64,000 bases of DNA, from assembly GCA_034670305.1 (NCBI GenBank), contig JAXMNT010000009.1:64001-128000 (forward strand), read 5' to 3'. Source of the DNA: Deltaproteobacteria bacterium (GTDB lineage: Bacteria > Myxococcota_A > Polyangia > Polyangiales > Houyiibacteriaceae). The notes beneath the pieces are model-generated. The model did no database searches, was not told where the DNA came from, and saw only the letters and a program-made list of their open reading frames with translations. Numbering within the stretch: position 1 is the first letter of the stretch; every line of letters starts with the position of its first letter. Below, piece after piece: positions 23,063 through 33,665 of this stretch. The position numbers were made by a program, and so were the translations under genes.

Positions 23063-23881
23063 ATGCGCTGTCTCCTCGCGATCGTCGTCTCCCTGGCTGC
23101 CCTGGCCACGCCAGCGACCAGCCGCGCCGAGTCGTCGATCGACAACATCGGCGACCTCCATGGCGCGTGCCGCGAGTCGGCCGGGTCCGGCACCCGCAAG
23201 CTCTACGTGGTCGAAGTGCCGCGCTACCAGTTCGCCGAGTACGACCGCGAGCGCGGCATGCTGCTCGTCGACACGCGCCGGAACTTCCGCGTGCTCCGCG
23301 GCTCGGCCGAGATCTTCCCCACCGGCCTCGAGTCGATCGGTTTCGTGGCCAACCGCGAGCGCGCCCGCGAGCTGCGCACCCTGAACGGCGCGAAGCTGCG
23401 CCTCGGCTTCTTCCTGGGCTACGACGGCTCCGGTCAGCCCTGCGTCATTCGATCCGCCGTCGCCGTGACGATGGTCCGCGCCGACGTCGCGTTCGTGGAG
23501 TTGGTCGACGACGACGGCCGGGTGGTGGCCCGCGAAGACAGCGACCGCCTGCGCGCCTGGCTCGACGATCAAGAACGCGACGCGATCCCCGGCGAAGGCC
23601 CGCGCGGCATCGTGGACGTGGACGACGTACCACCCGCCCTGCACCGCGCATTGGGCGCCGCCCCGCTTCGGGCCGCGCTCGCCGAGTGCCACGCCGCCGC
23701 CGTCGAACGGGGCGCCACCGAAGACGGCCGCATGGTCCTGCGCTTCGTCCCAGGCGAAGAGCCGCGGGTGATGATCTCTTCGCTCTCGGACCGCGACGAA
23801 GAAGCCTGCGTCCTGCGCGCAGTGCGACCGGCGGTCCCGAGCGGATCGCAAGTCAGCATCCCGCTCCGCTTCACGCGCTAG
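23063..23881 (+). CDS. Secreted protein with a C-terminal AgmX/TonB-C-like domain
   Basis: Signal peptide; C-terminal LAECH...EACV...VSIPLRF pattern. Confidence 0.6.
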   Translation: MRCLLAIVVSLAALATPATSRAESSIDNIGDLHGACRESAGSGTRKLYVVEVPRYQFAEYDRERGMLLVDTRRNFRVLRGSAEIFPTGLESIGFVANRERARELRTLNGAKLRLGFFLGYDGSGQPCVIRSAVAVTMVRADVAFVELVDDDGRVVAREDSDRLRAWLDDQERDAIPGEGPRGIVDVDDVPPALHRALGAAPLRAALAECHAAAVERGATEDGRMVLRFVPGEEPRVMISSLSDRDEEACVLRAVRPAVPSGSQVSIPLRFTR

Positions 23882-24185
23882 CGATGGGCCAGCGTTGGTC
23901 GGGTCGGCGTTCTTGGCGTTGGTCGGGATCGGTGTCGGGGACGGCGTCGGAAGCGGGAGCCACGGCAGAAGCAGCCGTGGAAATAGCGTAGAATCGGCCT
24001 AGAATCAGTCGCAGAATCAGTCGCAGGATCAGCTGCAGAAGCAGCAGCGATGAACGGTCACAGGTGGCTCACTCTCGAACAAATCACCGCTCGAGGCGCG
24101 GTGGCGTGAGTTGAAGTTGCGAGCACCTGGGACAGCGGTGCTTTGGCTTGCATCCGCAATGCACACTTGGCAATAAGATCTGCGC

Positions 24186-25457
24186 ATGCTTCGCACCGAC
24201 CCGCTCGCTTTCGTTTCCGTACACGAGAACGCCCTTGGGCGCTCGACCTGGATCCTCTGCTGGGGGCTGATGCTGTCGATGCTTGGGTGCGGGCGCTCGA
24301 CGTCGTTCCTGCACGATGGGGGCGACGCTCTGGATGCGTGGACGACCGACGCCGGCCCAGCGATGGATGGCGCGGTGGCCCGGGACGTCGGCATCGATGG
24401 AGGCACCGACGCTGGTGCGGACGCAGGTGTGGACGCGGGCCCGCCGGCGCCCTTCGTCCTGCTTGGGGCGACCGCTCGACAAGAGGGCGGTGACATCGTC
24501 GTCCAGCTCGAACGCTGGGAGGACGGGCGGGCCCGTGTCGTGACCGAACGCTCCGTGGCCGGGCGCTTCGCGCCAGCCGCGCTCCCAACTCTTCGCTCGA
24601 CCAGTGACGGAAGCCAGGTGCTCCTCTCCGTCACCCAAGGCACCGGGTCGGAGAGATGGCGGTGGATCCCCCTCGACCGCCCCGAGGTCGACCTGCCGAT
24701 TCCCTTTTACGATTGCGTCGGCGGCCAGCCGATCGTGCTCGGCGACACCGCGGCGTTCGGCTGCGGTCCGGACGGATCCACCCTCACGGATCGGCATGGC
24801 GCCGTACTCGGAGAAACCGTGTGCGGGGCGTGGATCGGATCGCTCGTGCACGATCGCTTCGTGATGCTCTGCGGCGGACGCGACCAGCTCGTGGACGGTC
24901 GAGGTGCGTTGATCAGTGCATTCGAGGTCGAGAACTGGGGCACCCGGATCGTGGGGCCGGACCGGCTCGCGGTCTGGGTGGTCGAACCGAGCCGCAGCTA
25001 CCACGCGATCCTCGAGGCCGGCGAAGTCGTCGCCCAAGGACCGGAGTGGCCTGCGGCGGCTCGGTCGGCCGGGTTCGATGCCACGGGGGAGTACGCGATG
25101 GTGCTCATCGACGACGAGACCCACCTCGCCCACGTGCTTGACGGTCCCGGCGAGCCGGAGCTCCGGTGTCGCCGCGACGGCGGCTCGTTTGCCCCCGACG
25201 CTCCAGTGGGGATGCTGACCTGCGAGGGCGACGCGTTCTGGTTCGACGCGGCAGCCGGCACGGTCGAACGTTTCCCACTGCCCGTGGCGGATGCGGGTTG
25301 GTACGTCGGATTCCACCACGACGCTCGGTGGGTGCTGCTCGACGATCAAGGTCCGTCGCCCGCGCAGATTTTCGACCGCGAGACCCGCGCGATGGTGCCT
25401 GCCTGGCCTGGCCGTGAGCCGACCATCGTTCGTTGGGAGCGAGCCGCGCCACGCTGA
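24186..25457 (+). CDS. Putative lipoprotein, beta-rich
   Basis: Lipobox MLGC followed by a myxobacterial DAG/DGG linker; start uncertain. Confidence 0.6.
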   Translation: MLRTDPLAFVSVHENALGRSTWILCWGLMLSMLGCGRSTSFLHDGGDALDAWTTDAGPAMDGAVARDVGIDGGTDAGADAGVDAGPPAPFVLLGATARQEGGDIVVQLERWEDGRARVVTERSVAGRFAPAALPTLRSTSDGSQVLLSVTQGTGSERWRWIPLDRPEVDLPIPFYDCVGGQPIVLGDTAAFGCGPDGSTLTDRHGAVLGETVCGAWIGSLVHDRFVMLCGGRDQLVDGRGALISAFEVENWGTRIVGPDRLAVWVVEPSRSYHAILEAGEVVAQGPEWPAAARSAGFDATGEYAMVLIDDETHLAHVLDGPGEPELRCRRDGGSFAPDAPVGMLTCEGDAFWFDAAAGTVERFPLPVADAGWYVGFHHDARWVLLDDQGPSPAQIFDRETRAMVPAWPGREPTIVRWERAAPR

Positions 25458-25537
25458 TCCGCGGGTCGCGTCGCTTCATTAGAGACGTTCGTTCAGCGGA
25501 GAGAATCACCCACAGATGCCGTGGACATTTGCTCTCG

Positions 25538-26089
25538 CTACTCCGTTTCGCGGAGGAGGCGGGTCAGGGCGGGGCGGTAGCGTTCGGCTTGGGAGAGGAC
25601 GACTCGGACGAGGTTGCGGAAGGCGCGCCGGTCGAAGTTTGAGTCGGTGTGGAGCACGGCGCTGATGCGCACTTCGCCGTCGGTGGGGTTCCACTCGAGT
25701 TTGGTGGCGAGCATGCTCCAGTTGAGTTCCATCAGCCGGCGCAGCAGCGGCTCGATCGCGGGGTCGTCGGGGAGCACAGTCAGCAGCGCGGGGATCCACA
25801 CGTAGACGGTGTCGGACTCGTCCGAGTAGAGCGCGTGGCCGACGATTTCATGGCGGGCGTCGCTGGTCACGTGGTGGAAGGTGCAGCGGGTGCGGGTGGG
25901 ACCGAGCGATTCGCACAACGGATGCAGGCCGAGCCGCTCGAGCTCTTCCTGCAGCGGCGCGGCGTAACGGGAGGTGCCGGGGGCGGCGGTCTCGGTCGCC
26001 TCTTCGGGCGCCTCGTCGTTCTCTTGGGCGGAAGCGGTGGTCGCACCGAAGACGAAGAATGCGGCGAGCGCGGCGGAGCCCACCCTCAT
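25538..26089 (-). CDS. Secreted YbjN-like (T3SS-chaperone fold) domain protein
   Basis: Signal peptide ending ASA; LLRRLMELNW...KLEW...DGEVRIS pattern; ATGA overlap with the upstream gene. Confidence 0.6.
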   Translation of the reverse strand: MRVGSAALAAFFVFGATTASAQENDEAPEEATETAAPGTSRYAAPLQEELERLGLHPLCESLGPTRTRCTFHHVTSDARHEIVGHALYSDESDTVYVWIPALLTVLPDDPAIEPLLRRLMELNWSMLATKLEWNPTDGEVRISAVLHTDSNFDRRAFRNLVRVVLSQAERYRPALTRLLRETE

Positions 26090-26721
26090 TGCAGGATGTC
26101 CAGCCAGCCGTGGTTGATGTCCGCACCCCGCGCTTCCACCGGACTCCAGCGCATGAAGAGCGAACCGACGCAGTCGTTCTGAACCACCGTGCCGAACGTC
26201 CGGCTGTCGTGGTCCGGTCGGCTTCGGTGGTCGCCAAGGATGTAGATGTGCCCGGCCGGGACTTCGGTCTCGCGCACACGGAACGTGTAGCGATCCTGGA
26301 GGAAGAACTCGTGGTTGGTGTTGCCGAGTTCTTCGGTGCCGAACTTCACCGTGATCTCTTGGTTCACGTCGAGGTCGAAGAACGTCTTGGTGCCGCCCTC
26401 CCAGTCGATGGTCGGAATGGTGCCCGAGACCCAGAGGTTGCCGCGCTCGTCTTTGATGGTCATGCCTTCGCGTGCGACCACCCGGCCCATCACCATCTGA
26501 CCCGGGGTCTGCGGGTTCTGGCAGATGACGATCTCGCCCATCTCCGCCTCGGTGCCGCGCCACATCAAAACTTCTTCACCCGCGAGCAACGTGGGGGCCA
26601 TGCCGTTGTGGCCCACGACCACGAGATCGAGAAAGAAGATGCGCATCACGCCGGCGACGACCAGTGCGATCGCGCCGAGCCAGGCGGCTCCTTTGAGGCC
26701 GTACTTGAGGATGCTGCGCAT
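26086..26721 (-). CDS. Signal peptidase I (S26) homolog lacking the catalytic Ser and Lys
   Basis: TM anchor; box B as NGMAPTL, box D as GRVVA, box E as GDHR...DSRTFG. Confidence 0.8.
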   Translation of the reverse strand: MRSILKYGLKGAAWLGAIALVVAGVMRIFFLDLVVVGHNGMAPTLLAGEEVLMWRGTEAEMGEIVICQNPQTPGQMVMGRVVAREGMTIKDERGNLWVSGTIPTIDWEGGTKTFFDLDVNQEITVKFGTEELGNTNHEFFLQDRYTFRVRETEVPAGHIYILGDHRSRPDHDSRTFGTVVQNDCVGSLFMRWSPVEARGADINHGWLDILQ

Positions 26722-26729
26722 GGGGAAGT

Positions 26730-27374
26730 CTACTCCCCCAGGTTCGGCGGTGGGTCAAGTTCACGCAAAACCGCGTCCATTCGGGCACTCATGTCGACCA
26801 CCGCCGCCTGCATCGCCGTCGCGTCCGCACCCTGCGTCGCCCGGATGAACGCGACGCCCCGTGCGCCGGCCCGGAGCGCTGCGTCACAGTTGTCTGCATC
26901 CACGCCGCCGAGTGCGAGCACCGGGATCGGACTCGCCTCGGCGGCTTGCCGGAATGTCTCGAGGGGCAGGGGGGCGCCTTTGCATGGCGTGGATGCGAAG
27001 GGGGAGAGCGTCGCGTAGTCGGCGCCGTGCGCCTGCTCGAGCCCCGCGCGGTCGTGCCGGGACACGCCGATGAGTGCGCCCGGCCAGAGCGCGCGCACCT
27101 CGTGCGGCGCATGGCCACGCTCGGGCAGATGCACGCCCACCGCGCCCACGGCCATCGCGAGGTCGACGCGCGCGGAGACCAACAGCGGCACTCCCGTCTG
27201 TACGAACCGGCGCGCTTCTTCGAAGAGCGCCGCGCCCGAGAGACCGCGTCTTCGCAGCAGCACGACACACCCAGCCGGCAGTCCGGCCTGCGCCGCTTCA
27301 AGCATCGCTTCGATCGGACCACGCTCCGGCGTGATCCACAGCAGCCGCGGAACCGAAGCGGCCCGCGGGGTCAT
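26730..27374 (-). CDS. thiE: Thiamine phosphate synthase/TenI family
   Basis: GVHLP, IGVSRH, ADYATLSP, PVLALGGV; lies in the thi cluster. Confidence 0.75.
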   Translation of the reverse strand: MTPRAASVPRLLWITPERGPIEAMLEAAQAGLPAGCVVLLRRRGLSGAALFEEARRFVQTGVPLLVSARVDLAMAVGAVGVHLPERGHAPHEVRALWPGALIGVSRHDRAGLEQAHGADYATLSPFASTPCKGAPLPLETFRQAAEASPIPVLALGGVDADNCDAALRAGARGVAFIRATQGADATAMQAAVVDMSARMDAVLRELDPPPNLGE

Positions 27375-27703
27375 TCCACGGACTCGTCCGAGACCTCAGA
27401 CCCGTCCGCGACCTCAGACCCGTCCGCGACTTCAGGCTCGTCCGAGACCTCACGCCCGCTCAACACCAGGCGCGCGCGCTCCGCTTCGCGGCTCGTCGGG
27501 TACCGCTCGACCAGTTCTTCGAGGGTCACTCGGTGCGCGTTCTCGTCGCCGTCGGCTTCGAACCGGCGCGCGAGGTGCCAGAGCGCTTCCGACGGAGTGT
27601 CTTCCAAGCGGTGGTTCGGATCCGGATCCGACGCGCACTGAAACGGCGCCGTGATCGAGCCAAGCGCGGTGACGAGCACGAACATCGAACGAAGCAGGAA
27701 CAT
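27371..27703 (-). CDS. Small exported protein with a TPR-like helix pair
   Basis: Hydrophobic N-terminus, FQCAS, LVERYPTSREAERAR; acidic 18-bp repeat tail. Confidence 0.55.
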   Translation of the reverse strand: MFLLRSMFVLVTALGSITAPFQCASDPDPNHRLEDTPSEALWHLARRFEADGDENAHRVTLEELVERYPTSREAERARLVLSGREVSDEPEVADGSEVADGSEVSDESVE

Positions 27704-27711
27704 TGGGTCCG

Positions 27712-28521
27712 TCAGGAACCCGCGTCGCTGCCGATGATGCCTTCGATCGGGCTCGACGCGGTCGCGTAGAGCTTGCGCGGAATGCGGCCCGCCAAGAACG
27801 CGTCGCGACCGGCGAGCACCGCGTTGCGCATCGCGCGGGCCATGCGCACCGGTTCGCGCGCACCAGCGATGGCGGTGTTCATGAGGATCGCGTCGACGCC
27901 GAGCTCCATCGCGAAGGCGGCGTCGCTCGCGGTGCCCACGCCCGCGTCCACGATGACCGGCACGTTGGCGTGCTTCACGATGATCTCCAGGTTGGTCGGG
28001 TTGCGAATGCCGAGCCCGCTTCCGATCGGCGCGGCGAGCGGCATGACCGCGGCGCAGCCCATGTCTTCGAGGCGGCGGCACGAGACCGGATCGTCGGTGA
28101 TGTAGGGGAGCACGGTGAAGCCCTCCTTCACGAGGACGGCGGCGGCTTCGAGGGTCGCGGGCACATCGGGGAAGAGAGTGTGCTCGTCGCCGATGACTTC
28201 CAGCTTCACCAGATCGGTGCCGAGCATCTCGCGGGCGAGCCGCGCGGTGCGCAGCGCGTCCTTCGTGTTGTAGCAGCCCGCGGTGTTGGGGAGCACCGCG
28301 CAGCCGAGCGCCTCCAACATCGCGAACACGGATCCTTCACCGCGCTCTTCGAGCGGCACGCGGCGCACCGCGACGGTGACGCAATCGGCCGCGGACTCCT
28401 TGAGCGCTTCCCGCGCGACAGCCGCGTTGGGGAACTTGCCGGTCCCGGCAAAGAGGCGCGACCGGAAGGTGTGGGCACCGAGGGTCAACATGTCGAGTCG
28501 GAGGGTTTCGTCGCTCATCAA
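27712..28521 (-). CDS. thiG: Thiazole synthase
   Basis: [48 protein letters not shown]. Confidence 0.97.
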   Translation of the reverse strand: MMSDETLRLDMLTLGAHTFRSRLFAGTGKFPNAAVAREALKESAADCVTVAVRRVPLEERGEGSVFAMLEALGCAVLPNTAGCYNTKDALRTARLAREMLGTDLVKLEVIGDEHTLFPDVPATLEAAAVLVKEGFTVLPYITDDPVSCRRLEDMGCAAVMPLAAPIGSGLGIRNPTNLEIIVKHANVPVIVDAGVGTASDAAFAMELGVDAILMNTAIAGAREPVRMARAMRNAVLAGRDAFLAGRIPRKLYATASSPIEGIIGSDAGS

Positions 28522-28578
28522 ACGGTTCGTTCGGGGAAAGCCAGGGGCGTGTCCTGGGAGGTCTGGGTGGAATGCAAC

Positions 28579-28779
28579 TCAGCCGCCGCCGACGAAGTGC
28601 ACGATCTCGAGCACGTCGCCTTCGGCCAGGGTCGCGGCGTCGTGGGTGGCGCGGGGCACGATCATCTCGTTGCGCTCGACGGCGACCAGGGTCTCTCCGA
28701 GATCGAGCAGCTCCAGCAGCGCCCGCACGGTGGACCCGTCCGGGATCTCGCGCGCTTCACCGTTGACGACGACGTTCAT
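28579..28779 (-). CDS. thiS: Sulfur carrier protein ThiS
   Basis: 66 aa, VAVERN, ends EIVHFVGGG. Confidence 0.95.
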   Translation of the reverse strand: MNVVVNGEAREIPDGSTVRALLELLDLGETLVAVERNEMIVPRATHDAATLAEGDVLEIVHFVGGG

Positions 28780-28813
28780 GCGGGGCGCACGATAGTCCGC
28801 CGGGAGAGGGGAT

Positions 28814-29446
28814 TCAATCGACCGGATCCTCGGTGGCGCGCTGCAGACCACGTTCGTCGAGGGTGTAGACCTCGCCCGTGAGGTGCGGGGTGCCCGCGTC
28901 GTCGTGGGACACGACCAGAGTGGCGATGCCCTTGGCGGCGCAGCGTTCGTGGAGTTCTTTCGCAAGGCGGGCGCGGAGCGGTCGATCGAGCGCGGTGAAC
29001 GGCTCATCGAGCAGCAGCAGCTCCGGCTGGGAGAGCAGGGCGCGGCCGAGGGCGACCCGCTGCTTCTCGCCGCCCGAGAGGTGCCGCGGCGCCCGCGCGA
29101 GCAGGTCGGTCAACTCGAGCCACGCCGCCACGTCCTCGATCGCAGACGTCTCGACACCTCGAGCGAATCCGAGGTTGCCGCGCACGTCGAGATGCGGGAA
29201 CAGCACCGCGTCCTGGGGCACGAGCGCCGCGCGCCGCGCGTTCGGAGGCAGCCGCGTGTCTTCGTCGAAGAAGATCCGCGTGCCCACCCGAAGCCGCCCG
29301 GTCGCGTCGAGTAGGCCGGCCACGATGCGCAGCAAGCGCGACTTGCCGATGCCCGAGCGGCCCCGAATGGCCAGGTGCCGTGCGTCGGTCTGAAGCGAGA
29401 GCGACTGGCGTTCGAAGCGCGCGTCCATGTCGAAGAACGGCGTCAT
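28814..29446 (-). CDS. modC: Molybdate ABC transporter ATPase
   Basis: [31 protein letters not shown]. Confidence 0.85.
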   Translation of the reverse strand: MTPFFDMDARFERQSLSLQTDARHLAIRGRSGIGKSRLLRIVAGLLDATGRLRVGTRIFFDEDTRLPPNARRAALVPQDAVLFPHLDVRGNLGFARGVETSAIEDVAAWLELTDLLARAPRHLSGGEKQRVALGRALLSQPELLLLDEPFTALDRPLRARLAKELHERCAAKGIATLVVSHDDAGTPHLTGEVYTLDERGLQRATEDPVD

Positions 29447-30111
29447 CCCGGCAACTCCAGCCGCGCCCGGTGGCGTCGCCGAAGCCATTCGTAGCCGAGC
29501 ACGGCGGCCCCGCAGACCAGCAGGCTCGCCAGTACGAGACTCCGTGCGTCGGTGTCGCCGCCGGGCGTTTCCATCAGCGTGTAGACCGCGAGTGCGATGG
29601 TGCGGGTCTCGCCTTCGACGTTGCCGGCCAGGACCGCGGTCGCGCCGAACTCGCCGAGCGCGCGCGCGAACGAGAGCGTCGCACCGGCAAGCACCCCGGG
29701 CAGCGCGAGTGGTAGGGTGACCCGCCAGAACGCGCGCATCGGCGACTCGCCGAGGGTGCGCGCGACCTCTTCGTACTTCGGGTCGACCGCCTCGAAGGTC
29801 TGCCGCACCGCGAGCGTGTAGAGCGGCAGGCTGACCACGAACGACGCCACGACACACGCCGCGAACGTGAACGGCACCCCGAGCGCGCCGAGCAAGCCCT
29901 CGGGCCGGAACACCGAGAGCAGCATGAACCCGGTGACCACCGGCGGCAGCACGAGCGGCACGAAGAGCAAGAGCGCGAGTGCCGAACGGCCGACGAACCG
30001 TTTGCGGGCCAGCAGGTAACCAAGCGGCACCGCGACCGGCGTGGCCAGCACCGTGCACCACGCCGCGACCTTCACCGAGAGCCACACCGCGGCCCAGACC
30101 GATGCGCTCAA
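29443..30111 (-). CDS. modB: Molybdate ABC transporter permease
   Basis: [26 protein letters not shown]. Confidence 0.92.
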   Translation of the reverse strand: MSASVWAAVWLSVKVAAWCTVLATPVAVPLGYLLARKRFVGRSALALLLFVPLVLPPVVTGFMLLSVFRPEGLLGALGVPFTFAACVVASFVVSLPLYTLAVRQTFEAVDPKYEEVARTLGESPMRAFWRVTLPLALPGVLAGATLSFARALGEFGATAVLAGNVEGETRTIALAVYTLMETPGGDTDARSLVLASLLVCGAAVLGYEWLRRRHRARLELPG

Positions 30112-30848
30112 CGCGCGGCCTCGCCGGCGTTCGGGTGGGCCCGTTCGAATCCGAACTCGGAGAGGATGGCCTGGGCGGCGTCTCCCTCGAGGAACCGCGC
30201 GAACGCCGCGCCGCGTTCCGAGCGGTGCGAGACGGAGTACCGCGGCGTCGGGCCTTCGACCTCGAACGCCACCCGCACGTTCGGGTCGCGCGCGTCGCTC
30301 GCGTAGAGCAGGCCGGCGTCGACGGCGCCGCCCGCGACCCATCCGAGCGCGGTGCGCGCCGAGGACGCGCCGACGAGCTTCGGCCGGAGCGTCTCGAACA
30401 CCCCCGCGGAGCGGAGCGCGGATTCGCTGTAGCTGCCCAGTGGGACCGGCGCGACCGCGACGGCCACGCGGCGCAGATCCGCGAGCTCGCCCAGCGTTCG
30501 GGGCGGCGGCGCGGTCCGCGACGCGGGCACGGCGACCACCAGGCGGTTGCGGGCGAACACTCGGCCTTCGGACATCGACGCGTGGTCGTGGGCGCGGCGG
30601 CTCCACCGCTCGCTGGCCGAGAGCAACACCTCGGCACCCGCGCCCGCTTCCAGCTGCCGCACGAGCCGCGAGGTCGGACCGACTTCGAAGCGCAGCGGCT
30701 CGGCATCTGGTTGCGCGAGCCACGCTTCTTCGAGCGCGGGCAGCGCGGGCGAGAGACTGGACGCGACCATCACCCCGAGCCCCTCCGGCTCCGACCGACA
30801 GCCGAGCGATGCGAGCAGCGCGATCGCAGAGACCAAGGACAACAGCAT
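30108..30848 (-). CDS. modA: Molybdate ABC transporter substrate-binding lipoprotein
   Basis: Lipobox [28 protein letters not shown]; alternative start at 30914. Confidence 0.85.
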   Translation of the reverse strand: MLLSLVSAIALLASLGCRSEPEGLGVMVASSLSPALPALEEAWLAQPDAEPLRFEVGPTSRLVRQLEAGAGAEVLLSASERWSRRAHDHASMSEGRVFARNRLVVAVPASRTAPPPRTLGELADLRRVAVAVAPVPLGSYSESALRSAGVFETLRPKLVGASSARTALGWVAGGAVDAGLLYASDARDPNVRVAFEVEGPTPRYSVSHRSERGAAFARFLEGDAAQAILSEFGFERAHPNAGEAAR

Positions 30849-30969
30849 CGACGCGCGGCCGGACCGAAGCCGGGTGTCTGCGCCTGGGGCCAGGCTGTCT
30901 GAAGAGGTGCGCATCGCGAAGCAGCGCAGCTTACGTGAAATCACCCCCCGCGCACTTGGGCTGAACCGC

Positions 30970-31345
30970 TTCGGCGTCGGCGTCGGCCTCTGCGTCGGCC
31001 TCTGCGTCGGCTTCTGCGTCGGCATCGGCTTCTGCGTCGGATTCGGCTTCTGCGTCGGATTCGGCTTCTGCGTCGGATTCGGCTTCTGCGTCGGCATCGG
31101 CATCGGCATCGGCATCGGCTTCGGCGTCGGCTTCTGCGTCGGCTTCGGCTTCGGCGTCGGATTCGGATTCGGATTCGGATTCGGCGTCGGCTTCGGTTTC
31201 GGAAGAATGGCGGGCACGGGCACGGGCACGGGCACCGTCTCCTTCGGCTTCGGCTTCGGCTTCGGCTTCGGCTTCGGCATCGGCTTCGGCTTCGGCTTCG
31301 GCTTCGGCATCGGTTTCGGCTTCAGCCTCAGCCTCAGCCTCACTC
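30970..31345 (-). repeat. Compound hexamer microsatellite (GCCGAN)n with an embedded (GTGCCC)4
   Basis: Read directly between the 31356 stop and modA. Confidence 0.95.
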
Positions 31346-31355
31346 TCAGCCGCGC

Positions 31356-31925
31356 TCAGTACTTGTCGCGCGCGGCGTACAGGTCCGCCTTCTCTTGCAG
31401 CTTGCGCAGGTACTGCAGCCGGTCGTCGGCGGCGTCTCGGGCCGCGTCCGCGGCTGCCATCAGCCGCGCGTAGTCGAGCCGCTCCAGGCGCTCGAGCGAG
31501 CGTTCGGGTGTCTCGCCGTCGATCGGGATGCCGAGCCGCAAGAGCCAGTTGCGGGCGAGCTCCTCGCGTCGTGGGTGCGATTCGCGGAGCAGCACGATGG
31601 TGTGCAGCGGCATGTCGAGGGCGAGTCCGACGAAGGCGTCGCGCCAGATCTGGCCGGGCTCCGGGTCGAGCTCGTGGGAGCGCTGGATGGCTTTGGTCAG
31701 CAGGGGCGCGACCCCGACCAAGAGATCGAGCCGACGCCACCCTTCCGAGTCGAGGTCCCGGCTCGCTTCGTCGAGTTCGTGGGGCTTCGGACAGTCCGCC
31801 GGGCCGAGGCTGCGCTGGAAGTCGCAGAGCCGCGCGCGCGTGAGCAACACGTTCGCGCCGTGGCGTTCCACCGAGGGGAGCGCGCGCCGGAAACCGTGCA
31901 TCACCGCATCGAGTTCGACGGTCAT
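31356..31925 (-). CDS. Hypothetical protein with a C-terminal coiled coil (MoxR-vWA operon gene 4)
   Basis: ATG overlaps the upstream stop; 189 aa. Confidence 0.7.
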   Translation of the reverse strand: MTVELDAVMHGFRRALPSVERHGANVLLTRARLCDFQRSLGPADCPKPHELDEASRDLDSEGWRRLDLLVGVAPLLTKAIQRSHELDPEPGQIWRDAFVGLALDMPLHTIVLLRESHPRREELARNWLLRLGIPIDGETPERSLERLERLDYARLMAAADAARDAADDRLQYLRKLQEKADLYAARDKY

Positions 31926-33661
31926 GGGGTCGGTCGTCCTTCTTCGGGGAAGAGCGCGTGGGCGAGCTGCGCGGCCACGGCTGGGAAGTCGTTCAGGCGC
32001 GGGACGTCGACCACCCGCATGCCCCAGGACCGGTACTGCTTCACGTTCATCGGGTCCGCCATCGCCTGCACCAGGATGAACCCGGGGCCGGCCTCGGACG
32101 CGTGGCGCAGCACGGACTCGGCGTCCGGCTGCTTGCCGACGTTGAAGTCGAAGTCGCGGTCGGTGAGCACCAGGCGAATCGGCTGTTTGTCGCGGCACGC
32201 CTCGACGGACTCCGACAGCACGTCGAACGGGAACTCGGTGCCGCCGCCCACGTACTTCAGCATGAACCCGGAGAGCTCGCGCAAGCTGCGGCACCAGCGC
32301 CAACTCTTGGTGTACGTGTGCGAGTAGAGCAGCGCACGCGCCGCGCCGCCCGCTCGCAAGGTGCCGAGCGCGAGGATGATCGCGGCGAGTGTCATCGCGT
32401 TCTCCGCTTCCCGCGGATCGGGCATCGAGCCACTCACGTCGAGGTAGATCTCGGACCGTGGTTGCCAGAGCTCCACTTCGAGCCCCTCGTGGTCCGCCAC
32501 CGTCTCGCGGCGCACCGGGCGCGCTGCGCCGAAGCGCGGCCCCCGCTCGCGCAGGGTCGCGCCCCAGTCGATGGTGCCGATCGGATCGCCGGGCTCCCAC
32601 GCTTCATGCGTGGTCGGCACGATCGCTTCTCCGAGCCGGCGCTGCGGCGGCGGGCGCAGCAGGTACCGTTCGGCCTGGCGCCGGTACCAGTTCGCCATGA
32701 TCTCGGTGACCTGATCGCCCGTCCCATCGAGGTTGCCGGGCAGGCCCGCCGCGCGTGCGCCGAGGCTCTTGTCTCGGAGGCGCCGGATCTGATCGGGCGC
32801 GAGCCACCCCTCCCGCGCGGCGCGTTCGATCGCTTCGTCTTCGAGCGCGCCCGGCGTCAGCGCCGAGGCCCAGTCGTCCGCGTCCGGCTCGCCCGCGCAC
32901 TGACAGCTGTGGCCCCCGTGGTCGTGCTGGTTCTCCTCGACTTCCTGGATGAGGTATCGGCTGAGCACGGACAGGTAGAAGATCAACTGCGTGAAGACGT
33001 TCGGGCCGAGCCGGTAGAGATCCTGCGCCACGAGGTGCGCTTCGGCGCGGTAGCCGTCGTAGATGCCGTGGAGCTTCTCGTGGCCTTCGGGGCCGACGAG
33101 ACTGGCCGGCGGCAGCTGCCAGAGCTCTTCGTAGATCGCGAGCGTGAAGAGGAACGTCGCCGGGGTCTGTGCGGTGTGGTCCGCGGATCCGTACACCCGC
33201 CCCAGCTGGGTTTGTAGACCACGGCGGCCCAGGTGTTCGTTGATGAGCAGATCGGTGAACAGGTTCAGCGCGCTGAAATGCTCGAGCGGAATGAGCTGCT
33301 TCTCGAGGATGCGCATGCGCGCCAACGTGCCGAGCGAGCGTGGGAACTTCACGTGGTGTCCGACCTCGTGCGCGAGGATCGCTTCGAGGCAGGTCTCGAG
33401 CCCATGACCGGCCACGTGCGCGGCGCTCACGAAGACCTGCCGGTCCCGAAGATCGATGCGCGCGATCGCGGGCCCTTCGAGTTCGACCACCGGACGGCCG
33501 AGTTGCAGCGAGCGCGCCCAGTGCGCGCGCGCGGCGTCCCAGTGATCGTCGATGGCCGCGTCGATCGACGCCCGCGCCGCTTCCGCGCGCGCGGCCCGTT
33601 CCGCCCGTTCCGCCCGTTCCGCTGCGGCCGCTGCGGCCGCGGCGGACGTGGCCTCCGACAT
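31922..33661 (-). CDS. HExxH metallopeptidase-like domain fused to a vWA domain
   Basis: AHEVGHH then NLFTDLLIN; MIDAS YLDVSGSM, GGGT, LVLTD. Confidence 0.8.
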   Translation of the reverse strand: MSEATSAAAAAAAAERAERAERAARAEAARASIDAAIDDHWDAARAHWARSLQLGRPVVELEGPAIARIDLRDRQVFVSAAHVAGHGLETCLEAILAHEVGHHVKFPRSLGTLARMRILEKQLIPLEHFSALNLFTDLLINEHLGRRGLQTQLGRVYGSADHTAQTPATFLFTLAIYEELWQLPPASLVGPEGHEKLHGIYDGYRAEAHLVAQDLYRLGPNVFTQLIFYLSVLSRYLIQEVEENQHDHGGHSCQCAGEPDADDWASALTPGALEDEAIERAAREGWLAPDQIRRLRDKSLGARAAGLPGNLDGTGDQVTEIMANWYRRQAERYLLRPPPQRRLGEAIVPTTHEAWEPGDPIGTIDWGATLRERGPRFGAARPVRRETVADHEGLEVELWQPRSEIYLDVSGSMPDPREAENAMTLAAIILALGTLRAGGAARALLYSHTYTKSWRWCRSLRELSGFMLKYVGGGTEFPFDVLSESVEACRDKQPIRLVLTDRDFDFNVGKQPDAESVLRHASEAGPGFILVQAMADPMNVKQYRSWGMRVVDVPRLNDFPAVAAQLAHALFPEEGRPTP

Positions 33662-33665
33662 CGCC

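Noticed and set aside
28780-28813. TPP riboswitch upstream of thiS
   Set aside because: Only 34 bp separate modC and thiS, and no riboswitch core motif is seen.
30135-30160. tRNA-like GTTCGAATCC motif
   Set aside because: It lies inside modA and has no cloverleaf context.
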